A DNA stretch of 124,000 bases from Octopus vulgaris. Its lineage: Eukaryota. This document shows, piece by piece, positions 40,236 to 53,280 of the stretch. The position numbers and the translations under genes were made by a program. Each line of letters begins with the position of its first letter. The first letter of the stretch is position 1. The notes under the pieces were generated by a model. That model worked only from the letters and a program-made list of their open reading frames with translations, was not told the DNA's origin and did no database searches. The stretch spans positions 32,260,001-32,384,000 of the forward strand of contig OX597824.1 in NCBI GenBank assembly GCA_951406725.2. Direction: 5' to 3'.

Positions 40236-41107
40236 TGTTTTACTAGCTCCTTGCTTTGACATTATGCAAGTGTCACTGTTATGCAAGAGATATCCCTTCC
40301 ACGTAATCAAGTGAGGGCTGGCGATGAGAATGATATCTGTCTATACAAACTCTGTGTAACCCATGCGAGTATGGAAAAGCAGATCTTTCGCACCCCCCCC
40401 CACACACATTACATGGCTGATGATATTTCTAACCGAGGCGTTGCAACTGTATCTGATTGTTCAAGTGATTCAATTCGCCTTTACCTTCGGAACGCGGAGT
40501 AGACGAAACGGAGGCGGCTGAAGAAGGGGAATTTTCCTTGTGTCGTATGTCATTTTTCGTTGTTTTCCACGGTTCTGTTTTTATGTTTTCGTTTCTCATT
40601 GTGTTCGACGTTTTTTTTTTTTTGGTGTCCTGTACCTATATATGCATGTATATATACATATAGATGTAGGTACGTACATATATGCATGTATATATGCATA
40701 TGTTTTATTTATTATTTTATTACATATATTTACTAGATTGCTGACATCTATCAATGATTTCGCCCATTGCTTTCGATGTGCAATGTTCTATCATTAATAA
40801 AACAGTCGGCATTTTTGATAATAGTTATATGCTAGTAACACAATAAAGTATATGAGATTGAGCGTGACATAATTCAGACAATGGTTCACAAAAAATGATC
40901 AAATGTATATGGATACAACCGCATTCTGTTATAAGAATATTAATCATCGGATAATATTTGAGCAGTATCTTTGCCCTTCTATCTGTTACTATTTTTCTTG
41001 AGTTTCTTCTACCTGTACTTTGAAATGCAGTTATATACCTTGTTTCAAAAAGTTCTAACAGGTAGTTGAATACTTGTGATCCAATATAATCACTTCTCTA
41101 GTTATTA

Positions 41108-41415
41108 CTAGCAGTATCGCCCGGCGTTGCTCGGGTTTGTAAGGGAAATATCTATATAAGCATTTTAGAGAGTTACTTCCCTTATATAAACCGAGAAAAA
41201 AAATGCATTAAAAATGCGAAAAAATGATGGTAAATTTTTTTATCATCGTAGACTCATCGTAGACGCGCGTTAATACCCAGAAGGGCTCGATATGAATCAC
41301 GACTATAAGATACCCACTTTTGGTTAAACTGCACCGCAAAATGTGGGAGTAGTTAGGAATCTAAATCGGAGGAGACAGACTTTCACACACACAACTTCAG
41401 TTTTATACATAAAGA
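41108..41415 (-). mobile_element. Non-autonomous Helitron (same family, short)
   Basis: Both termini present. Confidence 0.8.
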
Positions 41416-41553
41416 TATGGCAATCCTTCGGTATTGGTAGGCGACGTCATTCACCCATACAGCCTTCCCTCATGACAGAGAGGCAAGGATGAAAAAGAGA
41501 GTGAATAACGTCGTCTCCTCATATTGATGCTCTAGAGGCCAATACCGAAGGAT

Positions 41554-41621
<68 letters not shown>

Positions 41622-44600
41622 CACAGAGGAGGGTGTTCTGAAAAGTTCCTGGCTTTAAGTGTACCGCGAAAGGTCTGGCTGGAGGCCCAACCTTCCAAGT
41701 TCTTTTGCAGGGCTTAGAAAAACGGAAGGACAGCTGCAATGAGTGTGTGAATCTGAGAATGAATTATGTTAGGTAACATCATAATTAACTGATCCTCCTG
41801 TATTTTCTCTTATCCAAAGCCAGGAACTTTTCAGCAACCTCTCGTAGTTCCAATTCCGCCGAGGTCGACTTTGCCTTTCATCCTTTCGGGGTCGATAAAA
41901 ATAAGTTCCAGTTACGCACTGGGGTCGATGTAATCGACTTAATCCGTTTGTCTGTCCTTGTTTGTCCTCTCTGTGTTTAGCCCCTTGCGGGTAGTAAAAA
42001 AAGAAGTATTTCATCTGTCTTTACGTTGAGTTCAAATTCTGCCGAGGTCAACTTTGTCTTTCATCTCTTCGGAGTCGATAAACTAAGTACCAGTTACGCA
42101 CTGGGGTCGATGTAATCGACTTAATCCATTTGTCCTTGTTTGTCCCCTCTGTGTTTAGCCCCTTGTGGGTAGTAAAGAAATAGGTATTTCGTCTGTCTCT
42201 ACGTTCTGAGTTCAAATTCCGCCAAGGTCGACTTTGCCTTTCATTCTTTTAGGGTTGATAAATTAAGGACCAAGTTGCGTACTAGGGTTGATCTAATCGA
42301 CTGGCCCTTCCCCCAAATTTCCGGCCTTGTGCTTAAAGTAGAAAAGAAGTTTCAAAAAAGTTTATATTGATGCAAACACAACCAACACAACCACAAACAA
42401 CATAAAATTCGCCTATATGTACATGCACAGACACCCGCAGCATAAAAAGCTATTGTCCTTGAAAAAAAAAAGAATGAGAAAAGCATTACGGCACATCGTC
42501 TGCCAACTACAAACACATATGTATGATATTATTTTCTGTGTTGTGACCATGTATTTGGTCTATATTGTGATCCTTTGTGACGCTTTGTGACCATTTTGAA
42601 CCGTTTCTCTTATGGTTGTGAAAATTTTGCCCTTATGGTTTCAATAATGTTTATAAACTGTAATTGTCTTTGTTGTTTCAACTGCTAATTTTTTACTGCA
42701 TATTTTCGTTTCGTTTGCGGTATGACAAACTCACTGCAACGAGACTACTGTAACGAGATCCCGACTGAGATTTGAACCATGGCTCTCAGATTTTCCTAGT
42801 CTAGAATCACGAACTAATGTATCTCCATAAAAGGAAAAGTATCGCCATAAAAACGTTTTAACACTTACGTGAATATGGCTCGGCTAATCGTCTCTGGCTG
42901 ACTCATTATGGTTGAGGCAGCGATCTTCATAAGAAATACGTGTTTTACCCGCCTAACAGTTGGTATAACTATGAATTTTTGAAAATATTTAAATGTAATT
43001 TTTACCATGCTATTTCTTGGAGAACATCCAAAAATAAACATTTTGATACCTCATTTATGAAATTTGGACAAATATTTTAGGAAATATGACCACATGAATG
43101 GTAAACAAATTGGTTGAAGTTTTGGTTAATTTGCCTAAATGATTAAGTTGCTATATTTGAAACTAAGGTGATAATCATCTTAAAATCACACAAATTAATA
43201 GTGACCAGGGTATAGTAGTTGCCTATTTTTGTTTTTTCTGACTCTTGGAGAGAAAACTTCTTTTGGCAATATTTTAGATATGTTTACGTAAAGCCTATTT
43301 TGTTACGTGTAACAAATGGTCGATTTTGCAGTGTTTTCAGACCTAGCTAAATCCAAAATAATTATAAGTCACAAGAACTTGAATTTTGGCACGTTTGTAA
43401 CAGGTACGAACACTAGCGTAGCGGGGTGGAGGCTAACGTTTCTTATTTCTTTATTGCCCACAAGGGGCTAAACATAGAGGGGACAAACAAGGACAGACAA
43501 AGGTATTAAGTCGATTACATCGACCCCAGTGCGTAACTGGTACTTAATTTATCGACCCCGAAAGGATGAAAGGCAAAGTCGACCTCGGTGGAATTTGAAC
43601 TCAGAACGTAACGGCAGACGAAATACAACTAAGCATTTCGTCCGGCGTGCTAACGTTTCCGCTATCTCGCCGCCTTTAACGACCCACTTAATGTCACTTC
43701 TAACAACTCACACCTCTACGCATATACTACTACTCTTCAATCTTTGACCTGCTATCTCTTGACACTGAGCTTTCATGAGTCATGAAACCGGCTTTTGAAA
43801 ATGTTGTGTGACCACAGAGAGAACAAGTAAGAGTATATCTAGACCTTCTGTTATACAGTTGTCCAACGACCTGCAGTTTTCGGAAGTTACCTTTTACTTT
43901 TGGAAAAGCAATTTGATTTTTCCCAAACTGCTAGCTATTCTTTCTTTTTACAGCCACCATTCACTTTTCTTCATATAAACTACATGGATTAAAGTACTGA
44001 GAAATCAAACTTTAGTACAGTCTCGTCTTCACACGCAACCTACAATATGCATAGCCCAAGAAGACTATATAACTAGCCATCACATTAAACGCCAATGAGT
44101 TTTCTAAATCTATAAAACAGTCCTTGGACGAAAATTGTATGCACATTTTACTTTGACGGTTAATTGCGTGATGAGGATGAGACCCGCGATGGTTAAAATT
44201 CGCAAGCTAGAAAGATGTGGTTGTTATGGCAAAAAGAGTGATTTTTTTATCGATTGAAGGGGGCCCAGAGCCCCTCTAGGTTTGTGCAATTGACTTTTAA
44301 TGCCCAACGGCATGCACTGCAGGCTGTTGTGCTTAATAAACATACATTTTGTTGCGACATTCCGGCTGCTAGGAAACGACGATTTTAATAAAATTTTCGT
44401 TTTTTTTTTTTAATTCTTCATTTTTAAAATGTGGCCCGAGTAGACCGGGTTATAATACTAGTCAGCTATATTTTTATATCGTTGTGTGAGTAGTTTTATG
44501 GGTGTGGTTTATGTGCAATCTGTGGCAATACTAATTACTGGGTCTTCAGCTATACTTCTATTTCCTTGTGCGACTGGTTTTATGGGTGCGGTTTGTGTAC

Positions 44601-45715
44601 AATTTGTGGCAGTGCGAATTACTCTTTCGAGAAAATTACATTTTATTAATGTTTATGGTATATTTCCGAATGACTGCGGCTATGTTAAGGCACCGCCAGT
44701 GAAACCTAGTCTGGTACTTATTCCATCAGTCTCTTGTGTCGAACCGCTAAGTTACGGGGAAGTAAATGCATCAACACCAGTTGTCAAACGGTGGTGCGGG
44801 ACAACACACACACCATATTATATATATATGTATATATATATGTATAATAATAATAAATGCGCCCTTTTAAAGCCTAGCCAGGCTCATGGGCCCGGTTTCC
44901 CGGTTTCCATGGTGTATGTGTTCCCCAGCTGGATGGGACGCCAGTCCATCGCAACGTTACTCATTTTTGCCAGCTGAGTGGACTGGAGCAACGTGAAATG
45001 AAGTGTTTTGCTCAAGAACACAACGCATCGCCCGGTCCAGGAATCGAAACCACAATCTTACGATCATGATGCTGACACCCTAACCACTAAGCCACGCGCC
45101 TCCACATATATATGTATGCATGTATGTATGTATGTATGTATGTATGTATGTATGTATGTATATATGTATGTGCGCACACGTACGTACGCATACACGCACA
45201 CACGCACACACACACACACAGACGCATACACACACACACACGACGGGTTTCAGTTTCTATCGACCAAATCTACTCACAAAGCTTTGGTCAACTCGAAGCT
45301 ATGGTGAAAGACACTTGCCCAAGGTGTAACGCAGTGAGACTGATTCCAGAACCATGTTGTTGGGAAGAAAACTTCTAAGCTCACAGTCACGCCTGCGTCT
45401 CACCAGTTCAGTTAAATGTCGTCTAAGTGGAATTGACGAAGCTTTAAGTTAATACTATGCAGAATAGACACAATAATAAGAAAATTATATACCCTACAAA
45501 AGTCTCCAGAACAACTGTCTAGGAGTGGCTGTGTGGTAAGTTGATTGCTTACCAACCACATGGTTCCGGGTTCAGTCCTACTGCGTGACACCATGGTCAA
45601 GTATCTTCTACTATAGCCACGGGCCGACCAGAGCCTTGTGAGTGGATTTGGTAGACGGAAACTGGAAGAAGCCCGCTGTAATATATATATATCTATATAT
45701 ATATATATATATATG

Positions 45716-45755
<40 letters not shown>

Positions 45756-48716
45756 TTGTCTCACCAACATTGCTTGACAACCGATGCTGGTGTGTTTACG
45801 TTAGAACAAGTACTAGGCTTACAAAGAATAAGTCCTGGGGTCGATTTGTTCGACTAAAGGCGGTGCTCCAGCATGGCCACAGTCAAATGACTGAAACAAG
45901 TAAAAAAAAAAAAAAAAGAAGAGTAAAGCCGTTTCAGTGCAGTTGCTTCTCTCTCTGCTTTCTTTTGTTTTTAATCGGGGAATTAACTCGAAGTGATGCC
46001 ATGTAGACAATTTGTTGTAAGTTATCAAATTTGATCGAATTCATTGAAACAGGCTTTCAAGGTTCCATGAGATTTAAACGTTTACTGATCGTTAGTAACG
46101 ATTTCATTTATTGAAAAAATACATTATTTACTTTGTTGACATACTTCGGTTTTTACTCAACACAATATTTATATAAACGGTTCGATTATGTTTTGACCAT
46201 CATTCATTCTGTGTAATAAAGCCCTACTTCTTGTCACTTCCAACAACTCCCCTCTACATATATTCTTTTCTACTCTAGGCACAAAACCCGAAATTTTTGT
46301 GGAGGGGTCAGTCGATTAGATCGATCCCAGTACGGAACTGGTACTTAATTTATCGACCTCGAAAGGATGAAAGGCAAAGTCGACCTCCCACAACGCATAT
46401 ATTACCGCTCTTCAAGCTCTCAGTGAAGATGCATGCTCAGTGGTCAGAGAATCGGGCTTACAATCATGTGGTTGTAAGTTCGATTCCCGGACCGGGCTGT
46501 GTGTTGTGTTCTTGAGCAAGGTACTTTATTTCACGTTGCTCCAGTTCACTCAACTGTAGAAATGAGTTGCGATGTCACTGGTGCTTTGGATAATATTAAT
46601 GGCGTGGAGATAGGATACTGGCATGAATGGGCGACTGCTGGTCTTCCACAAACAAGCTTCCCCGGACTCGGAGGGGAACTTTCTAGGTGCAATCCCATGG
46701 TCATTCGTGACCGAAGCGGAGTCTTTACCCGTACCTTTACCCTCAATCTCTTGGCGTATGAACTTTCATGGATGAAACCGGCTTTTGAAAATGCAGTGCG
46801 ACCACATCTCTAGACTTCATACCATACAGTTGTTCAACGACCTGCAGTTCAATTTTTTTCCACACTGCTGGCTATTCTTCCTTGCTATAACAGCTATTCA
46901 CTTTTGTTCGGTGAGAGATGTTCCAAACAATCTTAGCGGCATTTCGTCCGTCTTTACGCTCTGGGTTCTTATTTCGCCGAGGTCGATTTTACCTTTCATC
47001 CTTTCGGAATTGATAAAATAAATATCAGTTGAGCACTGGGTCAATTGACTATTCCCCCACCCCAAAATTTCAGGCCTTGTGCCTATAATAGAAAGGATTA
47101 TTATCATTCAATTTCATCGAAATCAAATATATTTCCTTTTTTGCTCTGTGATTCAATGTTTTTTTTTTTGTGTTTTTATTTTGCAAGCTTTACAAAATGA
47201 AAATTTGTTCTATGGAGTTCTCGCCAAGAAGGATTTTATTTATCTGTGGATGTCTGCTCTTGACGGCAGGAAGTTAACGAGTAAAGGTTTAGTTTGTTTT
47301 TACAATATTACAGGATATTCATAAATTATCTTTACAACTTCCACAGTTTATTGTATCTATTAAAGTTGAAAACTATCTCCCAATTTCTAGGCAGCCAGTG
47401 GAACCCACTAAGAAGTGTTCTGATGCTTCTAATAAAACTTAATTTGTCCTTCTGTATTTTCCAATGAACTCTGACTCTCTTTTACTCTTTTACTTGTTTC
47501 AGTCATTTGACTGCGGCCATGCTGGAGCACCGCCTTTAGTCGAGCAAATCGATCCCGGGACTTATTCTTTGTAAGCCCAGTCTCTTTTGCCGAACCGCTA
47601 AGTGACGGGGACGTAAACACACCAGCATCGGTTGTCAAGCAATGCTAGGGGCACAAACACAGACACACAAACATATACACACACATACATATATATACAT
47701 ATGTACGACAGGCTTCTTTCATTTCCGTCTACCAAATCCACTCACAAGGCATTGGTCGGCCCGGGGCTATAGCAGAAGACAATTGCCCAAGATGCCACGC
47801 AGTGGGACTGAACCCGGAACCATGTGGTTGGTAAGCAAGCTACGTACCACACAGCCACTGCTGCGCCTATGAGTTATTATTTTCCCTTCTTTTTCTCTTC
47901 TGAATTTCTCAAATTGAAGAGGTAATTTATGGACATTCTGTAAACTTTCTTTCATATTTTGATGACAATTTCTACGTCAAAATACCAACTGAATAAGCTG
48001 CACGATGTACGTGGATACTCTGTTAAAAGGCAGAAAAATGCAGTATTCGTCTAGGGAAAGCCTTTTTGTGTTAAAAACCACAAAATAATATCGCTATCAG
48101 ATAAAAAGCGTCTAGTAATAGCAGCAGAGTTGTTAAACTAAGATACCTGCTTCTTTGAGTACCACCAGTAGCAAGTATCTACTTGCAGCTGTATGCTTAG
48201 ACAAATTTAGCCTCTATTAATATAGAAAAACAATAATTAACAAATCATTGGTGTCGCAAATAACCGGCCAGCAGGCTAAAAATTCGTTATTAGCGACGGA
48301 AGCAAAATTAGTTCAGAATAACATTCTGTTTATTTTACTTAATATAGCTACACTGTAGAAAGTTATAGAACGTCGATATTCGCCTCGCGAAAGAATCTCC
48401 TATGGACGTATAGTGCTAAAAACCCACAGAAAGTCCATTCTTTTGTTAAAGACTAAATATCATACCATACGGACATACGCGCAATCATTATTATAATAAG
48501 GATCATTGTTAAATCCTTATTATTACGCGCGCGTGCGAGCGCATGTGTTTGTGTGTAATGTATTTATAAAATTTAGTTACTATTCGGTTTGAAGCTTTCA
48601 TTTTCTTTTGAAGCCTAGACGACGCAACAAGAAAATTGGACCTCGAACTTCTTAAAATCGTATCCTATTATAAAATGAATGACATGAAAATAACGGTTAT
48701 AATTTTATATACATAA

Positions 48717-49108
48717 CTAGCAGTATCGCCCGGCGTTGCTCGGGTTTGTTTCGACCCTTTAGAATTAGAATTTTTGAAAAGTAAAAATTTTGCCTTATGT
48801 AGCTTGTTATTCTCTTTAAGTGAACATTTTCCTGGTTGAAATACACCGAAAAATGGCGACACAGCAGTAAAAAAATCGTAAAAAATAGGGATTTTCATAA
48901 AAAAAAGCACGTTTTTGATGTAGATAATTTTTGGTGTTAACATGGTCCAATTTTAATTTTTTTCTTCTGCAGAAGGAAGAGCAAGCCTTCTTCTATCATA
49001 CTCTCAATTTTGGTCAACTTGCGCCGCAGGGTCTCGGAGGAGATAGTGTTAGTTGAAGGTTACCAAACCTGCCACACACAGACAACTTCAGCTTTATATA
49101 TGTATAGA
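48717..49108 (-). mobile_element. Non-autonomous Helitron, second family (another copy at 85334-85727, + strand)
   Basis: Same 3' hairpin/CTAG, different interior; the two copies align closely. Confidence 0.8.
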
Positions 49109-49262
49109 GAGATAAACGCATCATATATAATTATGACGTTTTATAATGTAAATCTAACAAGTTTAAAACTTCGCTTTTTATACATTTGAAGTTAAAAAAA
49201 AATATGAGTGAATAGGAGGAATTAATTTGTTGGAATATATTTCCTCATTTCCTACAAGAACT

Positions 49263-49655
49263 ATGTCTGCCACTGAAAACGTTGACTCTTCCTCTGGATT
49301 TGAGACTAAAGGTCATAGACTGGAGGTAGATCTCACTGATGTTTTCGGAATTCGTGTCGGAAATAAAAATCAGTTATTCACATTCTATCCTGGATCAATT
49401 TCTGACGGAAAACTATCAAGAGATTCTAGTGACATCACCATCAATAGTGACTCCACTTCGCTTGATATAAGAAATATTGTAGATGAAATAAAAGAAATTA
49501 AAGCAAACATGGTTACAAGGTCCTGCTATTGTAAGCTGAAAGAAGAAAACGAATGCTTGCATCGAATGATTCACGCTTTGAAAGATTCAAACGAGCAAAT
49601 ATTTCGTAAAATTGCTAAAGAATTATTTGAACTCAAACAACGAGGTACAATGTAA
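49263..49655 (+). CDS. Unknown 130-aa protein with C-terminal coiled-coil-like heptads
   Basis: Uninterrupted non-repetitive ORF; pyrimidine tract + AG acceptor just before the ATG; AATAAA at about 49855; no family recognised. Confidence 0.5.
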   Translation: MSATENVDSSSGFETKGHRLEVDLTDVFGIRVGNKNQLFTFYPGSISDGKLSRDSSDITINSDSTSLDIRNIVDEIKEIKANMVTRSCYCKLKEENECLHRMIHALKDSNEQIFRKIAKELFELKQRGTM

Positions 49656-50001
49656 TCAAAGACAACTATTTAACTCAGTACAACAGAGAATAATAATTTC
49701 TCTAAGTCCAGTCGAATATTTAAACATTTTATTTGGTTAATATGTCATCTTCCTGTTTCGATTTCAAGATGACACCGTTTCACTTTACATTCTTTATTTA
49801 GAAAAGATATGAATACCACAGCATCTTATTTTCTTCTCTCCTAAATTAAGAGACAATAAATACAAGTTTTAAGATTTAAAATATGCTAATGATTTCTTTA
49901 CTTAAGGGATATTCCAATTCTGATACAAATTTTGATTAACTAACACAAGGGCAAAGAAACCTTCATTTCGTGTGTTCCTTTATTCTTTTATATGTCCATA
50001 T

Positions 50002-50165
50002 AGGCGCAGGAGTGGCTGTGTGGTAAGTAGCTTGCTTACCAACCACATGGTTTCGGATTCAGTCCCACTGCGTGGTACCTTGGGCAAGTGTCTTCTACTA
50101 TAGCCTCGGGCCGACCAAAGCCTTTTGAGTGGATTTGGTAAACGGAAACTGAAAGAAGCGTGTCG

Positions 50166-50255
<90 letters not shown>

Positions 50256-50480
50256 GTGTGTACATGTTTGTGTAGCTGTGTATGTCACACACCCCAACAT
50301 CACTTGACAACCGATGCTGGTGTGTTTGCGTCCTCGTAACTTAGCGGTTCGGCAAAAGAGATCGATAGAATAAGTACTAGGCTTACAAAGAATAAGTCCT
50401 GGGGTCGATTTGTTCAACTAAAGGCGTTGCTCCAGCATGGCCGCAGTCAAATGACTGAAACAAGTAAAAGAGTAAAAGAG
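50002..50480 (+). mobile_element. SINE family B with internal (TA)n/(TG)n tract; copies near 38845, 45520, 47485, 68705, 78715, 89275, 89945, 117290
   Basis: GGAGTGGCTGTGTGGTAAG..GGTTCAGTCCC head; (AGTAAAAG)n tail. Confidence 0.85.
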
Positions 50481-52504
50481 TATATATTTTTCACACGAGC
50501 ATAAATACTTTAGCTCGAAATTCCAGATCTATTGGGAGAAATAAATAAATTTGAGGTGTTCATATATTTTCCAAATACAGTAAAAGCAAAAAATAAAGTA
50601 AGTCTTCTGGCCATTACTGTCTCAAGTCTTAGGACTCATGGGGGACAGCTACTCAGTTCCCATGGTGAATGAGTGGAGTCACAACATTCACTCTGAACGG
50701 AATACAAGTTCATGACAGGGTTACTCACTTATAGCAGAGTGGATTGGAGCAATGTGAAATGAAGCGTTTTGTTCAAGAACACAAAGCATCGCCTAGTCCT
50801 GGAATCGAAGCCAAAATCTTACGATCATATGAGCAACAGCCTAATCATTAGGTCACTTGCTTTCACACCGAATAGAGTATCCGCACAACAAAGCACTTTC
50901 AACTGGTTTTCGAAACGGAATTCGGAATGATGTGGTCGAGAACCTTGTACCGCTTGACGGCGCTCCCTGCTACAAATTTTTACATGAAGAGTAATGTTGA
51001 TGATGATGATTATCACTTGCCATAAACATTAATACTGGGAAATTGAATCCCGTCTATTCATTTACATCCGTGGTTTCCAAACAGCTTCGTGCTACCGCCC
51101 TCTTGACACCAAAGCCACATTCCTAGTCCCCTCCTCCACTCACCACCACAAATGTAGGCTACTTTCTGCAGCAAATTCAAAACAATTGTATTTCATAAAT
51201 AAAATCTGACCTAAACGACCCATTAATTTGTTGTATTTACATTCATCGGCCCCTTTTAGTTAACCCATTACTGCCCCACTTTTCTTCAACGTCCCCACGC
51301 TGAATCTTTCCAATGCCCCCTGGGAGGCAGTACCGCTCATCGGCGAAAGTGATCGATAGAATAAATACCAAGCTTAAACAGAAAGTACTGGGATCCATTC
51401 GTTGGACTAAAATTCTTCAAGACGGCAACCTAGCATGGCCGCAGCCCAATGACTGAAACAAGTAAAAAGAATAAAAGAAATAACCGTTTACAGAAACACA
51501 GAATGAACTAAACAGAATAAGAGACACATGGGATGGAGAGTCGTTGAAGAGGTCACAAGCTGAGGGGGTTTTCAATCAAAAGACACTAAACTAAGAATAA
51601 TAATCATTTCTACTAAAGGTGCAAGGCCTGAAATTTGCGGGGACGGAGCTAGTCGATTAGATCAACCCCAGTACGTAACCGGTACTTAATTTATCGACCC
51701 CGATGAAAGGCAAAGTCGATCTCGGCGGAATTTGAACTCAGAACGTAGCGACGGGCGAAATACCTATTTCTTTACAACCCACAAGGGGCTAAACACAGAG
51801 AGGACAAACAATGACAGACAAACAGATTAAGTCGATTATATCAACCCCAGTGCGCAACTGGTACTTATTTAATCGATCCCGAAAGGATGAAAGGTAAAGT
51901 CGACCTCGGCGGAGTTTGAACTCAAAACGTAGTGGCAGACGAAATACCTATTTTTTTACTACCCATAAGGGGCTAAACACAGAGAGGACAAACAAGGACA
52001 GACAAACGGATTAAGTCGATTCCATCGACCCCAGTGCATAACTGGTACTTATTTAATTGACCCCGAAAGGATGAAAGGCAAAGTCGACCTCGGCGGAATT
52101 TGAACTCAGAACGTAACGGCAGACGAAATACCGCTAAGCATTTCGTCCAGCTTGCCAGCTCACCGCTTTTAAAGTAAGAATAACAACAGCACACAGAGAG
52201 CGCAAACCTCCGCCAACGCAACACCAACATCCTCTCACTGATTAACCGGAGATGATTTTTAAGATGAGAATATCTGAAATAAAATCGACTGCTCTCACAA
52301 ACGAGAATACTAAAAAATTACTCGATCGCTTTCAAACGGAAAAACAATTCAAATATATATATATATATTGAGTGAGATGTGAAGGGAGAGAATATGAAAT
52401 ACCAATACAGAGATTGTCACGCATTTACTATCATAAGATTCACGGCAGAGTGAGCCATAATTATCACTGTGCAAAAGTTGCCAGATTTTAATTTTGTATT
52501 CTCA

Positions 52505-52561
<57 letters not shown>

Positions 52562-52574
52562 TAATAATGATAAT

Positions 52575-53280
52575 ACCAAAAACATGTAATGAAAAGAAAT
52601 ATTACAAGTAACTGCAGAATATGTGGAGATGGACAAGAAACAATAAATCATATTATCTCTAGCTGCCCAGTCCTGGCTAAGAAGGAATATATTCACAGAC
52701 ATGACAGAGTTGGAACCTACATACATTGGAAGCTATGCCAACATTATGGAATAACAACAGAAAAAAGATGGTATAGGCACACACCAGAAAAGGTCACAGA
52801 AAACGAGAAAGCAACCATACTCTGGGATATGCCGATACACACAGACAGAGAAATTAAGGCCAACAGACCAGATATAGTTGTCAGAGACCATGGAGGAAAA
52901 AAATGCTTTCTAATTGATGTATCAATACCGGCTGATGACAACGTGTCTCTAAAAGAAATGGAGAAACTCTCAAAATACAAAGACCTGGAAATAGAGGTAA
53001 CTAGAATGTGGAATCTGAAAACAGAAACAATTCCTATCATAGTAGGTGCATTAGGCATGATAAAAAAATATTCAGACAAATACATAACAAAAACACCAGG
53101 ACTTACAAACACATATAACATACAGAAAATTGCACTACTAGGCACTGCACACATCCTACGCAGAACACTTTCCACACAATAACCATCAGAGCATCACAAC
53201 AAATCACAGCACATACCCAAGGCACACAGAGCTGCGCTCTGTAGTGAAGTGAAAGCACGCTATAAAAATAAAACTACTGA
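52575..53280 (+). mobile_element. 3' end of an R4/Dong-like non-LTR retrotransposon (CCHC knuckle + restriction-like endonuclease) within (TAA)n
   Basis: CRICG..ETINHIISSC, RPDIVV..D..IDVSIP, K.SKYKDL, IVGALG; (TAA)n on both sides. Confidence 0.85.

Noticed and set aside
44486-44977. 163-aa ORF
   Set aside because: Mosaic of SINE-B and SINE-C pieces.
52744-53175. 143-aa minus ORF
   Set aside because: Antisense shadow of the LINE endonuclease frame.
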